Shown here: piece after piece, positions 26,563-35,606 of the stretch
How the letters are laid out: each line of letters begins with the position of its first letter
Position numbering within the stretch: position 1 is the first letter of the stretch
Source: Solirubrobacterales bacterium
Lineage (GTDB): Bacteria; Actinomycetota; Thermoleophilia; Solirubrobacterales; 70-9
DNA length: 59,761 nucleotides
NCBI GenBank assembly: GCA_035698885.1
Contig: DASSBJ010000124.1
Location: 1 to 59,761 of the forward strand
Reading direction: 5' to 3'
Position numbers and translations under genes: made by a program
The notes under the pieces: generated by a model
Databases searched by the model: none
The model's input: the letters and a program-made list of their open reading frames with translations, nothing else
Told to the model about the DNA's origin: nothing

Positions 26563-27888
26563 ATGAACGCTCGGCGCGTCGAGCTCGGGCTGCGCGAGAA
26601 CCTGCCGCAGTTCTCGCTGCTGGTCGCGGTCAACGCCTTCGTCGGCGCGATGGTCGGCCTGGAGCGCTCGACGCTGCCGCTGATCGGGCGCGATGACTTC
26701 CACCTCGCCTCCAACGTCGCGGTGCTGTCGTTCATCGTCGCCTTCGGGCTGGTCAAGGCGCTGACCAACCTCGGCGCCGGTGCGCTGGCGCAGCGCGTCG
26801 GCCGGCGGCGACTGCTGATCGCCGGCTGGGCGGTGGCGCTGCCGGTGCCGTTGTTGATCGCCCTCGCGCCGAGCTGGGGATGGATCGTCGCCGCCAACGT
26901 TCTGCTCGGCGTCAACCAGGGCCTCGCCTGGTCGATGACGGTCGTGATGAAGATCGACCTCGTCGGCCCCAGGCGCCGCGGCCTGGCCCTGGGGCTGAAC
27001 GAGGCCGCCGGCTACGGTGGCGTCGCGCTCGCCGCCGGCCTCAGCGGCTGGCTCGCGACCCAGTTCGCCGCCCGCGACGTGGTCGTCGTCCTCGGGGCCG
27101 CGATCGCCGTGACGGCGTTCCTGGTCTCGGTGCTGTTCGTCCGCGACACCGGCGCCCACGTCGCCTTGGAGCAGGAGCGCCACCACCCCGACGGCGACGG
27201 CTCGCCGCCGCGACTGCGCGCGGCGTTCGCGCAGGCCACCTACCGCGTGCCGGCGCTGCGCTCCTGCTCGCAGGCCGGCCTCGTCAACAACCTCAACGAC
27301 GGCCTCGCCTGGGGCCTGGTGCCGCTGTTCCTCGCCGCCCACGGCGCCGGGATCGGCCAGATCGGGGTCGTCGCGGCCGTCTACCCGGGGGTGTGGAGCG
27401 TCGCCCAGATCGGCGCCGGCCACTGGTCGGACACGATCGGGCGCAAGCCGCTGATCGTCGCCGGAATGCTGGTCCAGGCCGCGGCCCTGGCGCTGCTGGC
27501 GCTGAGCGGCGGCGGCTTTGCCCTCGCCGTCGGGGCCGCCACGCTGCTGGGTCTCGGGACCGCGCTTGTCTACCCGACGCTGATCGCCGCGATGTCAGAC
27601 GCGGTCTCCCCCGTCGCCCGCGCCCCGGTGGTCGGCGTCTATCGCTTCTGGCGAGACATGGGCTACGCCGTCGGGGCACTGATCGCGGGCATCTCCTCAG
27701 ACACGCTCGGCTACGGCGGCGCGGTCGGGCTCGTGGCGGGGCTGACCGCCGCCTCGGGGCTGTGGGTGCTGCGCGACATGCCCAGCGCGCGAGGCCCCGG
27801 CCACCGCGAGATTGCGGGTTCCTCGCAGCCAGAGGGCGGTATTCCCCCGATGACCCCGGCGCCGGCCGATGGTGTGATTCGGCGATGA
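26563..27888 (+). CDS. MFS transporter
   Basis: 12 hydrophobic segments. GRRRLLIAG and DTIGRKPLIVAG loop motifs. Confidence 0.85.
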   Translation: MNARRVELGLRENLPQFSLLVAVNAFVGAMVGLERSTLPLIGRDDFHLASNVAVLSFIVAFGLVKALTNLGAGALAQRVGRRRLLIAGWAVALPVPLLIALAPSWGWIVAANVLLGVNQGLAWSMTVVMKIDLVGPRRRGLALGLNEAAGYGGVALAAGLSGWLATQFAARDVVVVLGAAIAVTAFLVSVLFVRDTGAHVALEQERHHPDGDGSPPRLRAAFAQATYRVPALRSCSQAGLVNNLNDGLAWGLVPLFLAAHGAGIGQIGVVAAVYPGVWSVAQIGAGHWSDTIGRKPLIVAGMLVQAAALALLALSGGGFALAVGAATLLGLGTALVYPTLIAAMSDAVSPVARAPVVGVYRFWRDMGYAVGALIAGISSDTLGYGGAVGLVAGLTAASGLWVLRDMPSARGPGHREIAGSSQPEGGIPPMTPAPADGVIRR

Positions 27889-28232
27889 ACGTCCTGGTGA
27901 TCGTCAACGACCAGCCCTACGGCAGCGAGCGCCCCTACAACGCCCTGCGCCTCGCCACGGCGCTGAGCAAGCGCGACGGTGTCGTGCTGCGCGTCTTCCT
28001 CTTCGGCGACGCGGTGGCCTGCGCGGTCGCCGGACAGCATCCGCCCGAGGGCTACTACCACCTCGATCGTATGCTCAAGCCGCTGCTCCGCCGCGGCGAG
28101 GTTGCCTGCTGCGGCACCTGCATGGACGCACGCGGCCTCGAGGAGGCAAAGCTGATCGACGGCGCTCGCCGCGCGACCCTCGAGGCGCTGACCGACTGGA
28201 CGTTGTGGGCAGAGAGGACGCTGACGTTTTGA
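27885..28232 (+). CDS. DsrE family protein
   Basis: ATGA overlap. MNVLVIVNDQPYGSERPYNALRLA and VACCGTCMDARGL motifs. Confidence 0.8.
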   Translation: MNVLVIVNDQPYGSERPYNALRLATALSKRDGVVLRVFLFGDAVACAVAGQHPPEGYYHLDRMLKPLLRRGEVACCGTCMDARGLEEAKLIDGARRATLEALTDWTLWAERTLTF

Positions 28233-28279
28233 GCTGGCAGGTAACTCATTCGCTGCTTCTCTTCGCCGACACCTGGGGA

Positions 28280-28507
28280 ATGCACGACGGCGACGTCGGC
28301 TCCGGCTGGATGATCGCGATGATGCTCGGCATGGTCCTCTTCTGGGGGCTCGTCGTCGTCGGAGTCGTCTGGCTGCTGCGCGAGGCGATTGGCCGCGGCC
28401 GTCACACCGCAGATGCCGACCCCCTCGCGATCCTCGATCGCCGACTTGCCGAAGGGAACATCTCAGTCGAGGAGTACGAGCAGCGCAAGAAGACCCTCAC
28501 CGGCTAG
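28280..28507 (+). CDS. SHOCT domain small membrane protein
   Basis: MHDGDVGSGWMIAMMLGMVLFWGLVVVGVVW helix followed by LDRRLAEGNISVEEYEQRKKTL. Confidence 0.75.
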   Translation: MHDGDVGSGWMIAMMLGMVLFWGLVVVGVVWLLREAIGRGRHTADADPLAILDRRLAEGNISVEEYEQRKKTLTG

Positions 28508-28900
28508 GCCGTCGGCTCGCAGCAGCCTTCGCAGCAATCGTCGTCGCAGCACTCGCCAGCGAAGCCGGCGCCGTCGAGCGGTGAGCTGACGCAACAGCCC
28601 TCACCACGCCATGCGTCTGTCCCCTCGCTCACCGCGACGGCGGCGATCAGGAGACCGACTGCTGGATCGAGCCACCAGGCGCCGAGCAGCGCGTTGCCGA
28701 GCAGGCCGACCAAGAGGGCGCCGGCCAGGTAGGCGCAGAGCATGTTCTGGCGGCCCTCGCCCTTCGTCGCTGCCGAGCCGAGCTGGTCGGCGAGCCGTTC
28801 CTTGGCGATCCCGAGCATCGGCATGAAGACCACCGAGCCGACCGACGAGCGCTCCAGTCACCCCGCCGAGTAGGGCGTAGGCGATCCAGCGAGGGCGGAC
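28504..28900 (-). pseudogene. C-terminal remnant of a small cation-transporter-like membrane protein with Cys-rich tail
   Basis: MPMLGIAKERL...NMLCAYLAGALLVGLLGNALLGAWWLDPAVGLLIAAVAVSEG matches the last two helices of that family from memory. An upstream helix (WIAYALLGGVTGALVG) is in another frame. No room remains for the N-terminal half before the cobT stop at 28956. Confidence 0.5.
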
Positions 28901-28955
28901 CTTTGCCCGATCCCAACTCGACGGGACGAGGCCGAGGCCAGCCTGACCTGGCAGT

Positions 28956-30469
28956 TTAAGTCTCCCCCTCCCGCTCCGACACCGCCGCCTGATCGAACGT
29001 AGCCATCTCACGGAGCACGCCTGCCGCAGTCTGGACGACGGGAATTGCCAGACAGCCTCCCGTTCCCTCGCCAAGCCGCAAGGAGAAGTCCAGCACCGGC
29101 ACGAGGCCAAGGTGCTCCAAGACAGCTGCCGCTCCCGGCTCGGTGGAGCGGTGGCCTGCAATGCACCGCGCCGCGACGCCCGGCGCCATCGCCTCGGCAA
29201 CGAGCAGCGCAGCCGCCGTTATGACGCCGTCGACGACGACTGGAACTCCCCCTGCGACGCCGCCGACGATGAAGCCCGCAAGGGCGGCGATCTCGAGGCC
29301 GCCCACCTCCGAGAGGATGGAGACTGGATCGAACCATCCGCGCGTTCGGCTGGCGGCGCCCTCGACGATGCTCGTCTTGCGAGTCAGCATCTCTCGTCGA
29401 TGCCCGTCCCCCGTCCGGTCACGGCCGCCCCGTCCTTCCCGGTGAAGGCGGCGATCAGCGCCGCCGACGGCGTCGTGTTGCCGATCCCCATGTCGCCGGT
29501 GACAAGAAGCCGGTTCCCTTGTGCCAGGAGCTCGGCGGCAATCGAGGCGCCTGCGTCCAGCGCCGCCCGCGCCTCGGCGACACTCATCGCCGGGCCGATC
29601 GAGAGGTCCGCGGTGCCGGGGCGTACGTTGCGCTGAATTACCCCGTCGAGGCCGGACACGTCGGCGGCGACCCCCACGTCGACGATGTGGACGCTCGCCC
29701 CGACCTGGCGCGCGATCACGTTGATCGCGGCGCCGCCCGCGACGAAGTTGGCGACCATTTGGGCCGTCACCTCCTGCGGCCAGGGCGTGACGCCCGAGGC
29801 GACGACCCCGTGGTCGCCCGCGAACACGGCGACTGCGGCGGGCTCGGGCCGCGGCGGTGGGCACTCGCCGGCGATCGCCGCGAGCTGGACGCCGAGCTCC
29901 TCCAAGCGCCCGAGAGACCCGGCCGGCTTGGTGAGACGGTCGTGGTGCGCCAGCGCCGCGCTTGCGGCCTCCTCGTCCAGGGGGGAAACGCGCCGGCATG
30001 CCTCGGCGAAGGGGCCCGAGCGGGCATGGGCGAAGCGCTCGATCGCCTCGGCCACGCCCCGGTCGACGGCGACGAACTCGACTCCGGCCGCGATGGCGGC
30101 GCCCCTATCCACCGATGCGTTGCCGACGTAGACCGACCTCTCCGGCGCTGCCCCAAGCCGGCGCAGCGCCTCGTTCAAGGACGCCGGGTCGGGCTTCTCC
30201 ACGCCGACGTCGATCGATGTCACGATCACCTCGAGCAGCCCGTCCAGGCCCACGGGGTCGAGCAACACTCGCACCTCGGCCTCGCGCATCGCGGCCGTGT
30301 CCGTGACCGCGGCGATGCGGTGGTGCTCCGCCAGCACGCGCAACGTCTCGACCGCTCCCGGGCGAAGCTCCGCCTTCAGCTTGGCGACGGGTGTGCCGGG
30401 CGGCGCCTCCTCGACTAGCGTGCCACCTACGTCGAACAGGAATGCGTCGATGCCGTCAAATCGATTCAT
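28956..30469 (-). pseudogene. cobT: HAD-like hydrolase fused to nicotinate-nucleotide:DMB phosphoribosyltransferase; frameshift near 29386-29397
   Basis: N-terminal AFLFDVGGTL HAD motif I variant. The CobT core is LTKPAGSLGRLEEL...TGDMGIGNTTPSAAL...TGRGTGID, then TGA at 29384. The rest (EMLTRKTSIVEGA...LRLGEGTGG) continues in the -1 frame to 28956. Confidence 0.8.
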
Positions 30470-31374
30470 GGGAATAACCTCCGAGTGCGTTTGCGAGCTT
30501 TTCGAGACCGTTTTGAATCCGGGACGGCGATACGCGCGCCGTGCGGAATGCCGAAAGAAGTCGTGTCGCGCACAAGGACGCCGCGGGGCACCAGCCAGTC
30601 GCGCAGGCCAGGGGCTTCGCGGACGAGAACGAAGTTGGCGTCCGAGGGGTCGGCACGAAGCCCGTGCGCGGCGAGCAGGTCGACAAATTCCGCGCGCAGC
30701 GTCGCCAGCGACTGTGCCCACCCGCGCAGGTCGGCGAGCGCCAGCAGCTCGGGGACGAGCGCGCAGGCCAGGGCGTTCACCGACCAGCGCGGCTTGCGCT
30801 GCCGCAGCCGGCACGCCAGCTCGGGGTCGGCGCAGACGACGTAGCCGATCCGCAGCCCCGGACAGGCGTAGAGCTTGGTGAGCGACCCGATCGTCACCTC
30901 GTCCCCTCGGGTCCAGCGTCCCGTGGCCAGCTGGTAGAAGGCCTCGTCCCAGACCGCCGCCTTCTCCCCAGCGCCAGCGAGGTGGCCGCTTGGGTTGTGC
31001 GGGTTGGAGCGCCAGCGTGGGGCATCGGCCCGCAGCTCGTGGAGGTGGCGGGCGTAGAGCGAGAAGTCCGGCTCATCGACCCGCCCGATCGGGAGCAGCG
31101 CCGCGACTAGGGCGATCGCCTCGGCGCCGCCGTTGGTCAACACGACCCGCTCGGCGTCGGCGCCCAGCGCCTCAGCCAGCGCCGCCGTCGCGACCGCCTC
31201 GTCGGGGTAGCGGCGCAGCTCATCGAGGGACTTCGCGGCCAGCCGCCCAACGTCGGGCGCAACGGGATTGAGGCTTTCCGAGAGGTCGAGCATCTTCTCG
31301 GGTGGGACGCCGAGGCCTGCCGCGACGGCGGCTCCGTCTCCCCCGTGGGGGCCGACCGGCAGTGCGCCGCTCAT
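30466..31374 (-). CDS. cobD: L-threonine-O-3-phosphate decarboxylase (class I/II aminotransferase fold)
   Basis: The ATG at 31374 overlaps the restored cbiB stop (ATGA). NPHNPSG and SLTKLYACPGLRIGY (PLP lysine) motifs. Confidence 0.8.
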   Translation of the reverse strand: MSGALPVGPHGGDGAAVAAGLGVPPEKMLDLSESLNPVAPDVGRLAAKSLDELRRYPDEAVATAALAEALGADAERVVLTNGGAEAIALVAALLPIGRVDEPDFSLYARHLHELRADAPRWRSNPHNPSGHLAGAGEKAAVWDEAFYQLATGRWTRGDEVTIGSLTKLYACPGLRIGYVVCADPELACRLRQRKPRWSVNALACALVPELLALADLRGWAQSLATLRAEFVDLLAAHGLRADPSDANFVLVREAPGLRDWLVPRGVLVRDTTSFGIPHGARIAVPDSKRSRKARKRTRRLFP

Positions 31375-32298
31375 CGCCGCCACCCTGGACGAACACTCGC
31401 CCCGACGGCGATCGCGAGCAGTGCTCCGATCAGAGCCAGTTCGACGTCGGCACAGAGGTGAACTGCCCCGCTTGATGTCCGCTGGCAAGGGTCGAAAACC
31501 CCTGCCAAGCAACGGGCGTCGCTCGACGCGCTCGTCGTAGCGCAGCGTCCCGCCCAGCTCCACTCCGAGCGCCGCCGCGAAGGCGGCCTCGGCCACCCCG
31601 GCATTCGGCGAGGGATGCGCAGGCGCGTCTTCGCGGACTGCGCAGCGGATCGCACCTGCTGCCCGCGGCCGCACCGTCCCCACCAGCGCTGCCGTCAACC
31701 TGGCAGGCAGGAAGTTCGCGGCGTCATCGAGTCGCGCGCTGCACCATCCGAAGCGCTCGTATCGAGCCGAGCGGCTCCCCACCATCGCATCCATCGTGTT
31801 GAGCGCCCGGTAGCCGGCAGCGCCGGCGGAGCCTCCGGCGAGCGCCCAGCAGGCAGGTGCCACCACGGCGTCCACGGTGTTCTCGGCGACTGACTCGATC
31901 GTCGCCGCGGACACGCCGCGCTCGTCGAGCTCGCTCGGATCGCGTCCCACCAGCGCGGGAAGCAGCGCCCGCGCGGCGTCGAGATCCGAGCGGGTCAGCG
32001 CCCCGTGAACCTGAAGCGCCGCTTCACGCAGACCCCGCCCGGCCGCGCTCAGCGCCACCGAGGCCATCGTCATCCGCGCTGCCGATCCGCCCGCCACCCC
32101 GAGCGCGAGGCCGGTCGCCGCGTAGGCGGCGCCCGCCGCCCGGCGCGGCGAGTAGAGGCGCGCCTCGACCGCCGCCATGAGCCGCCCGAAGAAGGCCACC
32201 GGATGGACGACGGCAGGAGGCTCGCCGAGTAGGCGGTCCGCCAGCAGCCCCGAGGTTGTCGCGAGGGCGCGCCGGGCGAGGGCGCTGCGATCCCCCAT
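31371..32298 (-). pseudogene. cbiB: Adenosylcobinamide-phosphate synthase; one extra base in a G4 run (plus-strand C run 31466-31469) fuses it to cobD
   Basis: CbiB-like LLADRLLGEPP...HPV..FG and HPSPNAGVAEAAFAAALGV. After ADIKR the annotated frame turns Arg-rich. The -1 frame gives a hydrophobic last helix AVHLCADVELALIGALLAIAVG and a TGA at 31371. Confidence 0.8.
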
Positions 32299-33089
32299 CA
32301 CCGCCCTCCCGCCAGCGCGACGGCAGCCACGAGCATCGCCAGCTCGGTCAGCTCGACGGCGGCTCCGAGCGTGTCGCCGGTGATGCCACCGAGCCAGCGA
32401 GCGAACGCGGCGCCCAGAGAGACGGCAAGGATCGCCGCGCAGGCGGCCAGGATGAGCCCGTCGAGACCGGTCGCCAGCACGGCGATCAGGATCGCGATGG
32501 CGGCTGCCGCGGCGGCTCGTGCCCAAGCGCTCGCCGCGAGCGAGCGAGCCAGTCCCTCTCGGGGTCGGGCGTAGGGGAGAGCCGCCGCCAGCGGCACCGG
32601 AACCGCGCGCGAGAGCGCCCCGGCCGCGACCGCGAAGGCCAGGACTTGGCCATCGCGGGCGAGGGTCGCGATGGCGGCTGCCTTGACCAGGAGGTCGAGC
32701 GCGATCGCGACGGCTCCATAGGCGCCAATCGCGTGGTCGCGCATGATGTCCAGCGCGTGGTCGCGCGAGCGCGCGCCGAGCGCGTCCGCAGTGTCGGCCA
32801 GGGCGTCGAGGTGCAGTGCCCCCGTCAGGAGAGTCCCTGCGGCGAGTGCGAGCCCGGCCGCCACGAGCGGCGATAGCGGCGTGGCGAGACCCACCGCGAT
32901 CCCTCCCACCACGGCGCCGAGGCCGGCGCCGACCAGCGGAAAGGACGGTCCCGCCCGTGCGACGTCGTCACCGTCGAGCGAAAGCCGTCGACCGACCGGA
33001 ACGCGGGTGAGGAACGCGAGCGCGGCCACCGCGCCCCGCAGCTCCGCCCAGCGCCGAGGCGGGACGATCTGCTCGCGGATCGCGCTCAC
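32298..33089 (-). CDS. cobS: Adenosylcobinamide-GDP ribazoletransferase (cobalamin synthase)
   Basis: LAFLTRVPV and LHLDALADTADAL motifs. Polytopic. GTGA/ATGA overlaps at both ends. Confidence 0.85.
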   Translation of the reverse strand: MSAIREQIVPPRRWAELRGAVAALAFLTRVPVGRRLSLDGDDVARAGPSFPLVGAGLGAVVGGIAVGLATPLSPLVAAGLALAAGTLLTGALHLDALADTADALGARSRDHALDIMRDHAIGAYGAVAIALDLLVKAAAIATLARDGQVLAFAVAAGALSRAVPVPLAAALPYARPREGLARSLAASAWARAAAAAAIAILIAVLATGLDGLILAACAAILAVSLGAAFARWLGGITGDTLGAAVELTELAMLVAAVALAGGR

Positions 33090-33625
33090 CGCAATCCCTC
33101 GGCGAGCGAATCGGCCGGCTCCAGCTCAAGCGCCCGCCCGGCGACGAGGAGGAAGGCCCGATCCGCCGCCGCGGCCCAGATCGCGTTCACCCGCCCGAGA
33201 AGATCGCGGTACTCGCGGCCCAGGGGATTGTCGGGGACGAGGCCGAGCCCCACCTCGTTGGTGACGGCGACCGTCAGCCCCGGCCGAGCCGAGGCCGCAG
33301 CGGCCGCGGCCGCTGCCCGGGCCTCCGCCTCCTCAGCCCCGAGCCGCTCGAGGGCATTTGCTGTCCACAACGTCAGGCAATCGACGAGGAGGCAGTGATC
33401 GCCGTCCACCGCATCGATCGCCTCGCGTAGGCGAAGGGGCTCCTCGATCGTCCGCCAGGACCCGGGGCGCTCGCGCCTGTGCCGCGCGATCCGCGTTTCC
33501 ATCTCCTTGTCGCCGGGCTGTGCGGTGGCGAGGAAGACGACCGGTGCATCCTGTTCGGAGCCGAGCTGCACGGCCAGCGCGGACTTGCCGCTTCGCGCGC
33601 CGCCCGTCAGCAGGACGAGGGCCAT
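33086..33625 (-). CDS. cobU: Adenosylcobinamide kinase / adenosylcobinamide-phosphate guanylyltransferase
   Basis: LLTGGARSGKS P-loop, IARHRRERP and VTNEVGLGLVPDNPLGREYRDLLG. Confidence 0.88.
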   Translation of the reverse strand: MALVLLTGGARSGKSALAVQLGSEQDAPVVFLATAQPGDKEMETRIARHRRERPGSWRTIEEPLRLREAIDAVDGDHCLLVDCLTLWTANALERLGAEEAEARAAAAAAAASARPGLTVAVTNEVGLGLVPDNPLGREYRDLLGRVNAIWAAAADRAFLLVAGRALELEPADSLAEGLR

Positions 33626-34203
33626 CAGAAGTCGAGCCCCCGGCGGGCGCGGATGCCTTTGTCGTAAGCGTGGCGGACCTTGACCATCTCGGTCACCGTG
33701 TCGGCGAGCTCGATCAGCCCACCGGGAGCGTCGCGTCCGGTGGCGACGATGTTCACTTGGGGCGGTCGGCTGCGGATCGCCTCGAGCACGGCGCCCGAGT
33801 CGATCCAGCCCCAGTTCATCGGGTAGGTGATCTCGTCGAGGACGACGAGCTGGTGCTCGCCGGCGGCGATCACAGCCGCGGCCAGCTGCCAGGCGGCCGC
33901 GGCGCGGCCCTCGCTGCGGTCGAGGTCCGGCGACTCCCAGGTGAAGCCGTCGCCGCCCTTCAGCCACTCGACGCCGAGCTGAAGCGCGACCTTCTCCTCG
34001 CCGACCTTCCACTTGTCGGACTTGATGAACTGGATCACGCAGACGCGCCAGCCGCGGGCCACGCCGCGCATCACGACGCCGAAGGCCGCGGTCGACTTGC
34101 CCTTGCCCTCGCCGGTGTTGACGAGGACTAGCGAGCGCGGGCGCCGCTTCGGGGCCGGCGGCGGCTGGGGTGGCCGGGTGCCGGGCTTGCGCGGCTCGCT
34201 CAT
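33625..34203 (-). CDS. cobO: Cob(I)yrinic acid a,c-diamide adenosyltransferase
   Basis: TGEGKGKSTAAFG P-loop, VLDEITYP and MVKVRHAYDKGIRARRGLDF. Confidence 0.88.
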   Translation of the reverse strand: MSEPRKPGTRPPQPPPAPKRRPRSLVLVNTGEGKGKSTAAFGVVMRGVARGWRVCVIQFIKSDKWKVGEEKVALQLGVEWLKGGDGFTWESPDLDRSEGRAAAAWQLAAAVIAAGEHQLVVLDEITYPMNWGWIDSGAVLEAIRSRPPQVNIVATGRDAPGGLIELADTVTEMVKVRHAYDKGIRARRGLDF

Positions 34204-35606
34204 CCGATCCCTCCCCTGCGCAGCAACGCGGCGAGGTCGATGTGCTCCTCGACGGCGTCGGCCAGTCCCTCGAAGGCCCGCTCCAACGAGCGCGCCGGCG
34301 CCGCGCCGAACAATGCGGTGAGAAGCTCCGGGCACTCGAAGAGCCCGTGTGGGTAGACGCCGAGCACCGAGCCCTTTGCGAACCCAAGCCCGTCGGGCAG
34401 CGCTTCGGCGATGGGCGCAGTCGGCTCGCTGCAACCGTGGCGGATCTCGTAACCGGTGAACGCCTTGCCGCTGAGCGCCGCCCACGGCTCGGCGAGCGGC
34501 CCGAATCGCGTCGCGACCCTATCGGCTCGCTTTGCGCGGGCGAAGGTCGTCGCGATCGGGAGCAGCCCCAGGCCCTGCGCCGAGCCATCGACGCCGGCTC
34601 CGTCCTCGATCCGCTTGCCAAGCATCTGCATGCCGCCGCAGATGGCGAGCACCGGCAGGCCGGCGTCTACGCGGTCGCGGACCGCGGCAGCCACGCCGCT
34701 GCGAGCGAGCCAGGCGAGGTCGGCGGCGACGTGCTTGGAGCCCGGCAGCACCACGAGATCGGCGCCGTCGATCTCCCCCGCCGCTCCCGCCCAGCGCACG
34801 TCCGCCACCTGCTCGAGCGCCTTGAACTCGTCCAGGTTGGAGGCAGTGGGATAGCGGATGACCGCGACCGACGCACCGCCCTCAACGCGCCCCGGCATCG
34901 CCGCTCCGTCCTCGTCGGGGAGGCCGTGATCGAGCCAGGGCAGGACCCCGAGCGTCGGCACCCCGGTCAGCTCCTCGAGCTGCTCGGGTCCCGGCGGCAG
35001 CAGCGAGCGATCGCCACGGAACTTATTGAGCACGAAACCGGCGATCCGCGACCGCTCGTCCTCGGGCAGCAGCGCGAAGGTCCCGTAGAGGTGAGCGAAG
35101 GCGCCGCCGCGATCGATGTCGGCCACGAGGAGCACCTGCGCCCCGGCGAGCTTCGCCGTGCGCATGTTGGCGAGGTCGGTGTCGCGCAGGTTGATCTCGG
35201 CGGGACTGCCGGCGCCCTCGATCAGGACCAGCTCGTGCTTGTCGAGGAGATCGCGAAGCGAGCTCTCGACCACCTGCCAGAGGCGCTCGCGCCGGCTGCG
35301 CCAGGCCATCCTGCTCAGCTCGGCGTCGGGTCTGCCCAGCACGACGACCTGGCTTCGGTTGCCTGCCTCGGGCTTGACGAGGACAGGGTTCATCCGCACC
35401 GTCGGCTCGACGTCGGCGGCGAGGGCCTGCAGGTACTGCGCCGCGCCGATCTCGCCGCCGTCCACGACGCGCGCGTTGTTGGACATGTTCTGCGCCTTGA
35501 ATGGGACCACGTCGATGCCGCGCCGCCGCAGCGCGCGCGCCAAGGCAGTGGTGAGCAGGCTCTTGCCTGCGGAGCTGGAGGCGCCCTGGACCGCCAGTGC
35601 ACTCAT
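34200..35606 (-). CDS. cobQ: Cobyric acid synthase
   Basis: VQGASSSAGKS, PFKAQNMSNNA, IEGAGSPAEINL and the glutaminase domain ICGGMQMLG...GYEIRHG. Confidence 0.9.
   Translation of the reverse strand: MSALAVQGASSSAGKSLLTTALARALRRRGIDVVPFKAQNMSNNARVVDGGEIGAAQYLQALAADVEPTVRMNPVLVKPEAGNRSQVVVLGRPDAELSRMAWRSRRERLWQVVESSLRDLLDKHELVLIEGAGSPAEINLRDTDLANMRTAKLAGAQVLLVADIDRGGAFAHLYGTFALLPEDERSRIAGFVLNKFRGDRSLLPPGPEQLEELTGVPTLGVLPWLDHGLPDEDGAAMPGRVEGGASVAVIRYPTASNLDEFKALEQVADVRWAGAAGEIDGADLVVLPGSKHVAADLAWLARSGVAAAVRDRVDAGLPVLAICGGMQMLGKRIEDGAGVDGSAQGLGLLPIATTFARAKRADRVATRFGPLAEPWAALSGKAFTGYEIRHGCSEPTAPIAEALPDGLGFAKGSVLGVYPHGLFECPELLTALFGAAPARSLERAFEGLADAVEEHIDLAALLRRGGIG

Noticed and set aside
26155-28232. 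Long alternative-frame ORFs (422, 450 and 204 aa) across the MFS transporter gene
   Set aside because: Their composition is Arg/Gly/Pro/Asp-dominated. Only the final 115 codons of the 450-aa ORF (the DsrE-like protein, from ATG 27885) are credible.
30466-32526. A single 686-aa CbiB-CobD fusion protein with a further 76-aa N-terminal extension
   Set aside because: The linker is out-of-frame-type sequence. A 1-nt correction restores a normal CbiB C-terminus and an ATGA-coupled cobD start. The N-terminal extension overlaps cobS and is Arg-rich.
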